DNA of 62,987 nt, counting the filler, from Dimargaris cristalligena (taxonomy: Eukaryota): assembly GCA_003614675.1 (NCBI GenBank). It is 2 parts of 2 records of this genome, joined end to end, with 100 filler letters (N's around TTAATTAATTAA, not from the genome) between each part and the next. Parts side by side here need not be neighbours in the genome. Positions count along the whole stretch, not along the records: positions 1 to 31,459 come from ML002438.1; 1 more part is not named here. One strand, written 5' to 3'. The notes beneath the pieces were generated by a model. The model worked only from the letters and a program-made list of their open reading frames with translations, did no database searches and was not told where the DNA came from. The position numbers and the translations under genes were made by a program. Shown piece by piece: positions 1-12,196 of this stretch. How positions within the stretch are numbered: position 1 is the first letter of the stretch; each line of letters opens with the position of its first letter.

Positions 1-85
1 ATATGTGAGAATAGCTTTTAACCAGTAATATTGGCCGCATCCAATGGATTTTTCATTATGCAGCCTGAATGAACTTCTCCCATAT
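1..85 (+). mobile_element. MITE-like dispersed repeat, copy 1 (right half; left end outside window)
   Basis: Near-identical to 15584-15668 (atatgtgagaatagcttttaaccagtaatattggcc...cagcctgaatgaacttctcccatat); ends in CCC-ATAT like the other copies. Confidence 0.75.
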
Positions 86-1593
86 TTATCAACACTGACG
101 ATGTGAGCACTTTGGTTTTCATCCCCCCCCCGTTTGGCATGCCTTTACATGGCATAGTTCCTGTGGTTCATTATGAGTTGACGACCCCTGCATTCGGTAA
201 AGTATACCTCCTGAGTTCTCCCGATTTTACCTACACTCGCCAGTGCTATATCGGGTTGAAATCTGTGAATTCATCTCATAGTCGTCCGCTTTAATTCCCG
301 CCACATCAGCCTAACGCCTGCTGGACTATTGACCACGCGCCCTTTTACTAGTATGGACTGGAAATACGAATTCCGCCATTCGCCACTCCGGACTACTATA
401 TCGAAGTAAATAAATTTATCGATAAGGCAAGTAATGCCTCTATCAACGCCCCATTCTTGTTGGGGGAGTTTTTTATTTTGGTAATATCGGAGGTGGAAAA
501 GTTCGCTAGGTCATTTGGTTAATTACCCTGTATCTTTACTGATCGACTAGGGGGGCCAAGGGTCCGCTTCTTAAACATTCCGTCACTCGTTTCATAAATA
601 CATCCAACATGAAAGGGGCTGTGACGTCGTTCTTCCCATTAGCGCCCAAAGTAAATCACCTTTCTCCTATGACTATAGAAATGTATAACAGTGTCGATTT
701 TTTATCGCCACAAATGCCACTTCTTATCATCAGGTTCATTTGTCTACTATTTGAGCATCTAATTCCACCTCCCCCTCCCCATGACGAGCTTTATAAATGG
801 ACATCTACTTCACCCAAGCCTCCAATCACCCAAGATTAAACACAAGGTAAGATTAAAAGCGGATATATATATGTAATACTGCCAATGATTGGGTTTAAAT
901 AAACGGGTAGATTGACACGGCGAAAAGCAGAGGTGCACTATATCAAAAGTGGGGGAATTAGTCAAAATAAAAAAAATAGGCTACGGTAATATTCTTATAC
1001 CCCCCCTCTCTCTTTGCTAGCCTCAATAACTATCCCGAACTAGCGTAGATAGTATGTTGTTGGCCATAAGGTGGCATTTACCATGGCATCCATATATATT
1101 TAATATTATGATTATCTTGGATCAGACGGGAATATTGAGCCGCCAACTGCTGAGATTGACAGTGGGTACTCAATCAAAAGCCACTGTCAACAACAGTACG
1201 GGAAAAAATATATGGACAGAGATGGGGTGGATCTTCCTGTCAATCAAGCAACCGGAAATATCCATTTGAAATACCGGTGCCGTATTAAGCGTGCCTTGGT
1301 GGGTTATTTATATATAGTTATATTTACGTATATGTATATGTATAGAATAGTGTTGACAACTTGTCTAAATTTTTACAGGGTCGTGTCATATGGAAATGGA
1401 GGCAGGTCACTATAAGAAGACAGGACAGCGAGTCTTCCGGATACGCCAGTCAAAGTAAATGTACAAGGCATGGTCACGGTGGATAGCACCGTCAGTAAGG
1501 ACTAAGAGCTGTGTCCTTCGAGTGGCCGGGAATTAGTAAGTATTCTCTCGTGACACTGCTATCTATCATTTAATTTGCCTACTGGGCGAATCG

Positions 1594-1737
1594 ATATGGG
1601 TGAAGTGCAGCTCGGTTGTATAAGGTTTTAACTGTTATGCGTATGGGAAAATCGGTGGGATGTTTATTTTCAGCCAGTAGTATTTGCCTCATCAAATGGA
1701 TTTTTCGTTATACGGCCTGGTTGAACTACTCCCATAT
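1594..1737 (+). mobile_element. MITE-like dispersed repeat, copy 2 (full length, diverged)
   Basis: ATAT-GGGTGAAGTGCAGCTCGGTTGTATAA ... TTATACGGCCTGGTTGAACTACTCCC-ATAT: imperfect ~30-bp terminal inverted repeats. The internal ccagta..at..gcc..a...aatgg.tttttcgtta motif is shared with the other copies. Confidence 0.7.
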
Positions 1738-1796
1738 CCAAGTACTAGGCGGGTTTAAGGGGGAAAAATAGTTTTACTAGCTAAATATCCTCGTAT

Positions 1797-1822
1797 TGAA
1801 CTGAACTGAACTGAACTGAACT
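1797..1822. repeat. (TGAAC)5 pentanucleotide microsatellite
   Basis: tgaactgaactgaactgaactgaac read directly. Confidence 0.9.
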
Positions 1823-2609
1823 GGTGATAGCACCATAATGGATTATCATTTCGCACGGTTAGAATCCAGCGACCAGTCTCACCCAATCCGATCTCTCTAC
1901 TCAGCCCTAATTTTTCCCGGGCTCCCCTCAACTATTCAACGTTGGTTGGTTAGCCGTTTAGGCCAGTTGGCCACCAGTGTGTGGATAATAGGCTCATCTC
2001 TCATATCATCCGCACTAAACTAAGCAACCTACTGTCTCGTCTGGTATAATTCATGCGCATTACCCTGTTTTAATCATGCCTCTCTACTCTAGTAGACCGC
2101 CTCAGTCAATGGTCACTCTCATACACCTTTTCAGTTGACACCATACAGTAGATTGACCCCCGGCCATCCCTGCAACCCGCCCTTTTACCTGTCAATCACC
2201 TTCAGTTGGGTCGCATAACACCTGCTTGCTTAATATTTCTCTTGGCGGCTATTGTGAGGTCCCAAATATTAGTGAACATTATTCAATTGTGTGCCCGCAA
2301 GTCAACTGCGCCCTTGACACTGTACCTGCGTTAATTTTTTAGAGGAAAGGTTTATTGCTTAATTGAGGCTATTTCCGTTTCCGGAATATAGGTATATTTA
2401 CATTAGGGTGGATGGGGCGGGTGATTTTTGGATGTAAGGGGGGTGATGCATAACTGTACCAGAACCGGGGAGTCGGCAATAGGGAGATTATACCACACCC
2501 ACCAAACGAGAGTAGTGCATGTGGGGGAGGGGGAGACATTGTTAAACTCATCAAATGGATGGGAGGAGAGGTTGCGCTGGGCCGGGCTGGGAAAATGAGG
2601 CGAATGGGT

Positions 2610-2631
2610 AGAGAGAGAGAGAGAGAGAGAG
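2610..2631. repeat. (GA)n microsatellite
   Basis: Run of ga dinucleotides, probably in the 3' UTR or downstream of the small minus-strand gene. Confidence 0.85.
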
Positions 2632-3042
2632 AACCCATGAAACGCTGCATCAAAAACATAGGAGTGGGGACAACGGAACAGATATACATAAGGCATTAAA
2701 GTACAGCAAGCATTACAGAATAGTAATTTAAGAAGAGAAAGTAAGGAGAGACACCATAAGTGGTACTAACAGAAAGTTGCATAGGCGAAGTGAATGGAAG
2801 CGAGAAGGGTAGGGTAAAATAAGGTAGGGGATTCGCGACGACCTTGGCCCTATTGAACGCGGTGAAACACGGCACGGGTTAGGGGAGGGTCAGGCGGATG
2901 GGTGGGAGTATCCCATGCACTGACGAGCGCAAGGCACGTCAAAGGGACGTCGAGTCGACCGTGGGGGAGACCACCATAAGAGGTGAATGTATGAATGCCT
3001 GGGTATCGCGCGGGTAGATGTGGAGGTGCACACAGCGCACCC

Positions 3043-3450
3043 TTAGGCCTGGATAGTGCGGGGCATAAACCGTTGGCGGTCGGACAGCTCGGGGATGTTG
3101 AAACGGTCCATGCGTTCCATGAAGTCGAGCATGTCCTGGGACCGCCGTTCGCTGGGGCTCAATGGGGCCTCTTGTTTAACGAGCCGACCACGGCCCATAC
3201 GGCGGACAGCAGTGACTAACTTGGCGAAGTCCATGCGGGACTTTTGGTTTTCTGAGAGGAGAACGCGTTGGTTGGCCAAGTCGCTCAAACCGGGACGCTG
3301 GAGCTGACGGTGGAGTTCGGAAAAATCGGACTCCATTTCCGACCGGAGACAGGCGGAGTTGCGAGAAGAAGTGGAGCCAACCATGGTGCCATCGCTGGAA
3401 AGAAGCGACTCGTTGGAAGAGCGAGCGGAGGAGATGTACTTGGAGAGCAT
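3043..3450 (-). CDS. Small uncharacterised protein (135 aa): Ser-rich N-terminus plus three ~32-aa repeats with GoLoco-like spacing
   Basis: C-terminal part of ORF 3043..3888, from ATG at 3450 (tccaaaATG). Pyrimidine-rich leader, TATAAATA on the minus strand at ~3636-3643, and an internal repeat D-Phi-x2-Phi-x3-Phi-x-R-x-G/N-x3-L-x2-Q. Confidence 0.7.
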   Translation of the reverse strand: MLSKYISSARSSNESLLSSDGTMVGSTSSRNSACLRSEMESDFSELHRQLQRPGLSDLANQRVLLSENQKSRMDFAKLVTAVRRMGRGRLVKQEAPLSPSERRSQDMLDFMERMDRFNIPELSDRQRFMPRTIQA

Positions 3451-6400
3451 TTTGGATGTATGGGGGATAGTGGCTGGTGCGCGTGTGTATGTGTACCGGA
3501 GGGGAAATAAGAGACTAGTAGGTAGGCTAAGGAGAAGTACGTAGAGATATTCAAAAGGGTGGTTAGGGTGGGAAGGGAGTTTAAGAAAGTAAGTGATGAT
3601 GGTACTGCCTCTTATCGGGTGAGAAGGTGGGCCGTATTTATATTTCGGCCCCCTTCTGCGTGATAATCTGTAATGGATGGCCTGGAGGTTGAGGGCCCAA
3701 AAGAAAGGGATGCGGCGGCGGCTGAGGTTCCACCATGGGGGGGCTGGGAGAAACCACCCATAAAGATGGGAAACGACGATGGGAGAGAATAGGGCCGATC
3801 CCCCTACATCCCCCATCATTGTGTAGTATAGTAAGTGCCAGCCCCCCCTGTTAGGTTTTCTTTGGCTTAGCCTAGACTGGCCAATCAACCTCCCTCTTCT
3901 CCTATTTTCTGACCCGTGGTTGTTTCTGTAATTGTATGCGTTACGCAGTTTATCTGAGCAGCCCTAGTTAACGGCTGTTCTCTGTGTATGTATGCGCATT
4001 TATCCTCTACATGCCCCCCTCTCTAGGTATGGTATTTAGCAAAGAAGGCCGTTCCCTGACTGGGGCGTGTTTCGTCTTCCTTTACTTCGTTTCGACCGTG
4101 TCATTTATTCCTATTAACCATTGTCGATGCCTATAACTCTGGCACTGGTGTAGTTATCCTTTGGATTTAGGCTGTCGAGGGAGGAGGTGTTGGGACAGTG
4201 CCTATTTCACCGACCAGGGACTGTTAAATTGATTACGGTAGCGCGGGCGGGCCGGGCGATTTGGTTGTGAAAAGTAGGTACAATTACACGAAGTTGTTTC
4301 AATAGGGCTTAAGGATGACCCACTATGCCGTGCGAGAGACGAAGCACTTTTTTTCGCTTAGGAGTGATCGTTGGTACTGGTCGCTTCACAGTCAACCCCC
4401 GCACATCCTAGCCGTTCCCATCCTAGTAATGATCGCCGGGTACACTTTATTCGCCAAATCGACCAATCTCTCCCCCTTCCTTCTCCAAACTCCTTCCCAT
4501 TTTTTATTCACAAAAAATGATTCGTTTACCACCAATTCACATCCATAATTTACTTTTGTTTCCACAGGCAGCCGTCCGTCCCTTCCCGCATTCCATCGGG
4601 TAAGTCGTTTTCCACCGCCCTCTCCTTATTTCATTTTTTTTTCAACAGAAATATCTAACAATGCGGGCAGCGGCTGGTGTTGTTCACAAAGAAACCTAAG
4701 TGCCACTGACTAAGCTTTTTCATTTCCGCTACATAAAGCTGCTTTGCAGTCTATCTTTACAAAAACGGAAGCTTCCAGTTTCAGTTCCGGGACGATACAT
4801 CGCCCTGGGAATCGGTGCCTCGTCTAGTTACCAGCCGATGGAATCCCATACCCTGGCCCTCCTCCTTCCAATATGGCTCAGTGAAGCCATGGGCGCGAGA
4901 AGCTGGCTACTGCTGAAGGGCTGCTCTCTTTGGTGGAATTCACTAACATATCCCCCATGTAGTGGGTATATACCCTTTCCAGTGTACTTCCCCCTTTTAG
5001 GATTAAACTTCATCCAAGAAAATGCGTGTGTGCTACTTTAGTCTTGATCCAGTCTGGGGCGCACGATTGGAATTAAAACCGTGGACTGTGTAACCAATTT
5101 CCTTGGATATCCCTTATTGTTATCAACATTATTAAAAGAAAAAGAAAAGGAAACATGCGCCCTATCCTTTTTCCCCTTAGGCGTTATCATAGTCGCCGCA
5201 GTATTCTGTCTTATATGCCTGAGGGTGGCCATGGCGGTTACCCGGGCTGTTCCGGTTCTCCCCCACTCCATAATGCCCGGGTTTTCTCTGTCTCCAATCT
5301 CCACCCAATCCACTTCAGCAAGGCCATATATCCCAATCTGAATGTGAGTAGGCCGGAGGACTTCCCAGCAAGTACCTGCTTAGATTTTCGCATTGTATCT
5401 CCCCAGACCTGGACTGAGGAGTGTGAAAATACTGGACTATCTGCGATATTCATAGGCTGACGAAAGGTGAGGGTAAAATGTCAACAACAACACCATTATT
5501 TATTCGACTACCCACAATGCGGCGAATAGCGGGGCTACTGGCGGATGAGACAACCGCGGGAAACCTAAATCGAGACTCAACCACTCGGAACGTCCCTCAA
5601 TTGACACGCATCAATCGTAGGTCCTGTTACTCCTTTAAGGTACTGCTATTAGGTTATTCCCAATGCAATGAATTATCAATTTCCTGGGAATGGCGTATCC
5701 CTTGTAGCCAGTCCCATTAGTGTAATACGAGGAGCGGCGATTAGTATAAGAGGGTGTCATGTTGAAATTCCGACTATAACCGTACATCCCCACAAGCCAA
5801 ATATATTGGGCAGCTATAGTCATTGCATAGCCGAGGCTTCCGGTTGGTTTACGTGATACACCCGTACTCGATATAGTAAGTATCGGCCAGAATACCACTC
5901 AATAATTTCCTACGGAATACTCTTTACCCCGCTATTAATATTCACATCCCCCTGTCTACAAACTGTGGGCTGTACACGGGATGGATTGTAAAGCAAGTAT
6001 CTCTACCGTTGATAATGGGGTTGTGTGTGAATGTGTTTTGCTTTGGCGTAACATTCGTGATATCCGTTTCAAGTGCGCTGGTCCATTCCGACTTTAGATT
6101 ATGTTTTCACACCAGTGTCTCCCAACCATGTAACCCACAGCCACCGCTACACATCACACCTTTGCATAGGGAAGCCAGGTTGCAGGGGAGAGGGTCCTGG
6201 GAGCGCCCCCGCACCCACTTTAACATTGTCGCGCCGACAGACCTCACGAAAGACCGTCCGCTTCTGCTTGGGTGGGGCTTGAACTTTTTCGCCGGCCTGC
6301 TGCCCCCCTCTGCAGTTGAAGGCTGTGGTGGAATATGCCCCACAGGGGGTGTATTGGGTCTGTACCCACCACCCCTTTCTATCCCTAGTATATGTGTGGG

Positions 6401-9400
6401 ATAGAATCTAAAAGTCCAGTCAGGTGTCAACCAACATTCACGCATTCTGGCAAACAGCTTTAATAGAACCTATACTTTGACATCTGACTGTTAGATATCC
6501 ATTTTCCACCGGTACCATTGCCTGCATCTCCTTGTCCATTGGATATCCCCATTACCCAACCGCATCCCCCAACTACAGTTGGTTTATTCAAGAAATGTGG
6601 CATATTGTGTAAACAGCCCCACTCGAATCCTTCAGGTCATAATATATGTGGGAAACTCGGAGGTGGTTTAGATGGCTACCCACTAGCATTCTAAATCCCA
6701 CGAATCATAAACGAATACTTGTTGTTTATTTACAATCGTCTGCCTCAAAATTTAGTACAAATCTGGTGCTTTGTGACCTTCACTCTCGGAGCATATCTCG
6801 CCGAGGCATTATCCACCCAGCCACCCAGTAAACATAATTCCATTTCCCATCACCTTTATGGCGGGCTTCCAGAAACCATTTAATATATAACCATTGCATA
6901 TACACAATGATTCCATTAATAGGATTATCCTTAATTTTATGTCTTTATTTTTCAACAAACAGGTATTTTGCCTTGTATGAAAGAGTGGGGGCGGGTTTTC
7001 AGACCACCAACACCACCGCCCTGCAAAAGAATTGTCTTGACAATTAGCGTGCCAAATGGAAGCCTACCCTTTGTAGCTTGGTGGAAATACGGGGACGCGT
7101 TGGAGTAAAAACTTTGGCATACAGTGGTCAGTTGCGTTGGGCTGGAGGGATGGGTGTGACAATAATGCCCACCGGATGTGGTGTAAATCAAGAGGTTTCA
7201 TACTTCACCACGAACAGTGCACACATGAAAAGGGGTATAGGGAATGGGGGAAGACCTCCTACAGTGAAAACGTCTCCCGTATCTGTAATCCAGATACAGA
7301 AGTCATGACGTATTGTAAAAGGGGATCGAAAAGAGGACATGGAGGTAGGCTGAATAGTCATGTTAAGTGAATGCCCATCGGCCATTACTAAAGCACATTA
7401 GCTACTTATCCCCTCCTGGTAGGCCTATTATTCATTTGGGAATGATATATACCAGAGGGTTCTATTAATAGAACCATGCTAGACAAAGGGGGTGATGAGG
7501 TGTACGGCTGAAGGTAAAAGTTGGCGGTTTAATAATTTTTTTAATTATTATGTACATCCTTCAAGTTGGTGTCTTTGGCATGGGCGTCATGTTCATTCAA
7601 GCTTGCTCTAGGGGGGGGGGGCGTAGAGCATCGCCTGGTGTCGACTTTGAATATACCATTGGCAGCCCAAACTAGTTCATTAAATTGCGGACTTTCCGCT
7701 TGAGCATAATGGTTCGGTTATTCAAGTTTTGTACCGCCATTGACCCTCCCTATAAATGACTTTGACCAGGTGCGTATATATTAATAACAAAGCATTTAGA
7801 TACCTCTAATTTCTCTTCCAGCGAGAGGGAACGGGTGGGCTTTTTAATCAAATTTTCCTTTTATTATTCGTTGAGCTGTGACCAATGGCAAATCGTTTAC
7901 AGGGTGTATGAGTCCGACCGATTTTCAACTATATCTTCAACGAAAGGCAGCGGGAAAATAATTACTTCCACTGAGTTGACACTACCGCCTTGAAATATTC
8001 AATGCATAGGGGCAACTGTTGCTAGTATTAGTCTGTGTAGAAAGCTATAACCTACTCCAATCTAATCGGCAGCATTCATACCTTTGGCTGAATCTGTAAC
8101 ATCTGTACCCTTTTCCCGTATACTCGTCGTATTTTTTTTCGACTGCCGGCTAACTGGTTCCATCGCCCTATTTTCGGTTAGCCAAGGCTAGCTTACGTAG
8201 GTCAGGGCTGAGGAGAAGAGGTGATCGGTTAGGATCTGCCCATGTATTCTTTGTTTTTGCCATACCGTGAAACGGTAGGCAGTGCTGCCGTTTGGCCCAA
8301 TTCATACTTCTTCATTTTAGCACACTATTCATCTTCTATCACACTTTTTTCGTAACTTTTTCTATTGATAGGCATTTTATATAACGGGGGAGGTAGGCTG
8401 CAGAGTAGGCCGTTCCCTCCGTATTTTTAATATCCAGTCAACTAAATAAGAAAAGGGATTGGGTGGGAGGGGAGGAGCGGCAATCCTTTCGTTGTGATGC
8501 ACAGTGTATAATTAGAATTACGATTATCGCCAGCATTCCATGGGTGATTTCTAAAACCATAGCACTGGATTACCCATCAAACGCCCATTATTCCTCTACC
8601 TCATTCCTGTCCTATCCAGTATTCGCTGCATTATTTCTACCGAAAACTGATGAGGGAAAATGGAAATCCAATCTACATTTTCTCTCGCTCTCGTTCTCCC
8701 TAGTGCTGATGAATGTCGGCGATTTACACCCACCTCCCATTGGGACAGCTCACTGACCCACCATTATAGGTGGTCACCACCACTTATTCTTCAGGAGGCC
8801 GAGAAAGGCGGGGATTGCTTGACCGCCCCTGTCTGACTTTGATTCCGATAATCTTTCGGGGGCATTTAGTGGTTGGCGGCAGATGAGAAATGTACAGTCC
8901 CAGGTCAATCATCGCAATATGCCAGTCGGCTAATTTAAATGATTTCTACTATAATATCGGGTATATATATAGGGATGCTGCCCACTGTTCCACGGAAAAC
9001 TCTAAATTATTCTTAATAGTCGATCTGTATAATTGTATCGGAAATCCTATACTGGGTTTCAGCCCCGATGTTTTGATGTTTCCGTTTTCGGAAATCAGGG
9101 AGTGGAATAGATGTCCCTGTGTATATATGTGTGTGTATGTGTCGTGGAGGACGCGGTAGTCAAATAAAAACATTACATAATGAACCACCGGACATTATAA
9201 TGATGGCGTGACTTCTCGGAGTGAGTAATTCTTGTGGAAGGGACATGTATTCATTAACCCATGGAATATGTCCGTTCTACGGCGGACCGGCACGATGATA
9301 TTCTCACATTGACAAAAGCTACTCGATCAGCGGAAGCGGAGCAGAATAGTGGTTTTTATCTGAGATACCATGTATCCTATATCTTTATTTTTTTTAAAAA

Positions 9401-10809
9401 AAAGACATCTACAGCTATCCATAGGTTTCTCTCTTACTAGTAAACCGAATTTAGTCAATATACCTTATTTAAATAGCCGCTATCATACTCTAGCCCGCAC
9501 CGGCAACCGCTTCTCATTACGTATGGTGGATTCTGATACAAATGCGCACCTTCAGTATTGTAAATATAGGTCACCGTTGGTAGGTGGGTTCTACGGTGTT
9601 TTTGAATCCATCTGCCAAGTCAAAGATTGGCTATGAATCGGCCAATTTAACACCCCTAAGATCCTCCTACGATGTTAGGGATAGGTAATTCAGGACTATC
9701 CCATGATCATTTGGGTTGCTCTATAATCATAACAGATGGCTGAGAGAATATCCCCCTTTTTAGTGACTGTGGGTGATCATCAGAATTCGTATATCCCGGC
9801 GTCAGTAAGGGTCACAGTGTGATTATGGTGGCTATAAGGGATGAGTAATGCACAGTACATCTTTAGCCAATCTGCCCTGTTTGTCGCTAGTTGTGGTCGT
9901 ATCCGAGAGTGCCACGGGCTCCTTATAGCAGAGGCAAATATGCTACGTGGGTGCCCTACAGATTAGGGCAGTTATACCCATAACCCTTGGGGCAATGGCA
10001 GGGGGTCTTGACAAGCGGAATCCGGCAAACCAAAGCTAGGGTAGGTGCGATTGATGGCAAAGTCACCCGAATTATTTATTTTTACACCATAGAGTTTACA
10101 TCCCTATATACTAGCATATTCCCCAATCCCAATGATAAAGCCTGCCTGATTTTAGAATACACAGACTTTTTTCGTCCTAGCCGGTACTTGTATCTGAGTA
10201 GAACTGCCTATTATTCACCCTGTGGCCGATTGAGGTGGCGTAGATATAGCTACCGCCTTTGTAAAAAATAAAGGTCTTTCCCAATCGGAATAAAGGGGGG
10301 ACTTTAGTGGAACTCATCCTACAACAGGATTGTTATGAAATCAAATATGTTATCCAGCAGTATAAAGGGTCACCCAAAACCAAAAAGAAGTGAGGTTGGC
10401 ATGGATGATTAGCCTCAATTAGAGTTATGTCGTGTCCTTTGGTGGTTCCATTAAAACATCAATAGTACAGTTGTTTAATTAAACAAGTAGTCATAGGGAC
10501 AGGGATCAATAATTATGTATAGTATATATCGAATGAAATATAAGGGGAGGTGGAGTAACTGGGGAAATTAGTTAACCAATACAGCTATTTCCATAGTGCA
10601 AATATCTTAAACCTCACCCATATGGCATGGTTAAATCGGTGGAGAGGGACAGTCTGGCAATATATATATTAATATAAAGCGTAACCGGCCCCCAGACTAC
10701 CGATAAATTACGATTCCTTAAACTAACACCTAAAACACAAACAATTATTTCTATTTTATCACGTGATATAATATTTATTAATAAAATCTATTTATTATGG
10801 AGAATTTTC

Positions 10810-10927
10810 AGTTATGGCCATATGTAGCCGTTGGCACCGTATCCCGTTAGATCTGCGAAGTTAAGTGGTTATCAGCCAATTTAGTACTGAGGTGGGTGAC
10901 CACTTGGGAATAGTTGGTGCTATAACT
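10810..10927 (+). rRNA. 5S rRNA gene (solitary copy)
   Basis: 118 nt; 5' AGTTATGGC pairs with 3' GCTATAACT (helix I). Contains ATCCCGTTAGATCT, GAAGTTAAG (box A) and TTAGTACT..GGTGGGTGACCACTTGGGAAT (intermediate element/box C), followed by a T-run Pol III terminator. Confidence 0.93.
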
Positions 10928-12165
10928 TTTTATTTCAAATTATATGTTTATTTGTGTTTATGGAATTAGAACACTCTCTAATTCTCGTTTTATTTATTTA
11001 GGGATTGTAAAACCGATTTTTAATGTAATTTTAGCTAAATAACGAAATTTCTGTTAGCTGGATCGGATTTAAAGACTAAAATAATAATCTACCAAACTTA
11101 CCATTAAAATGTTACTCAATACCATATTCAGTGGACCCGAACTCCTCCTATATGGTCGTCTATTTATTGTGCTGACATGGCAAATAATCTATGTCGAGGT
11201 TTTTTAATTTATGAGGCAGCTAGGGAATATAGATGGGAAGCACGGCCTTACTGTGAAAGACTTTGAATGACTTACATTCGATACGATCTAAATAGTTCGT
11301 GTATTTTTTAACCAGTGAAAACTGGCACACTAAACGTACATTTTATTTTACTGCTAGGCCGAAACTCTTCCATCGGCATGGCATTGGTACTGTTATGTGT
11401 GAGTATGCGCGATCATGATAGTTACAAAAGAGCGATTTATTGGCGGCAGTAATACGAAGGAAACGGAGTCTAGCGAATTTGCGGTAGTCGTAATCGAATA
11501 GAAGGACATCGTCATTTGAGGACCTATGTTTAGACATCAATCGATCCGTTTTTTACTGGATTATTTTGAGGACACATGTTGGACGTAGGGTTGGTCTCGG
11601 CTAGTACGCCTGTAATGTCTTTGGGGTTAGTTGAGATCAAGGGTGGAGTAGGCACCTGTGGTGGCCTAGTCGAATACTCGTTTACATGGGTCGTCTGGCT
11701 GGTACCTGACACCCCCGGTGATACAGTATCAACAGTATTAAATATCCTCACAACGAAATAATAATTACATACCAACGTCCACCCTGTTACTAATCAAAGG
11801 TTATTCATCCCATTAAATACAATAAAAGCCATAGAGCCAAGTGTAAAATTACATAACCCGATTCCTCAGATAAATCGCTGAGGTCAATGGAGGCTAATCA
11901 ACACCATTAAATAAGCTAGCACCACATTTCCAAAAAAACTAAAAAAACAAAAATATGTTTAATAATATGGATATCCGAGTTACATGTGCACTTAACAATA
12001 TATTATCACAGTTAGATAAACTTAATAATATAATACCGTGCGTTGAAAAATGTATGAAACCACCCGAAGCCAACGGAAACAACGAAGAGATCACCTACCT
12101 ATATCTCATTAATCCAGTCATACAATATAACTTGGTTCGATCCTCGTCCCTTTTTTCACACATTA

Positions 12166-12187
12166 TATATATATATATATATATATA
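12166..12187. repeat. (TA)n microsatellite just downstream of the PUS7 stop
   Basis: tatatata... run read directly. Confidence 0.85.
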
Positions 12188-12196
12188 ATGTAAGAT

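Noticed and set aside
3451-3888. N-terminal 146 aa of ORF 3043..3888
   Set aside because: Begins at a non-ATG codon and spans the TATA box and pyrimidine-rich leader; the real start is more likely ATG 3450.
6720-6810. Minus-strand CLGEICSESEGHKAPD resembling a zinc knuckle
   Set aside because: Wrong Cys spacing, needs a frameshift, and has no surrounding gag/pol similarity.
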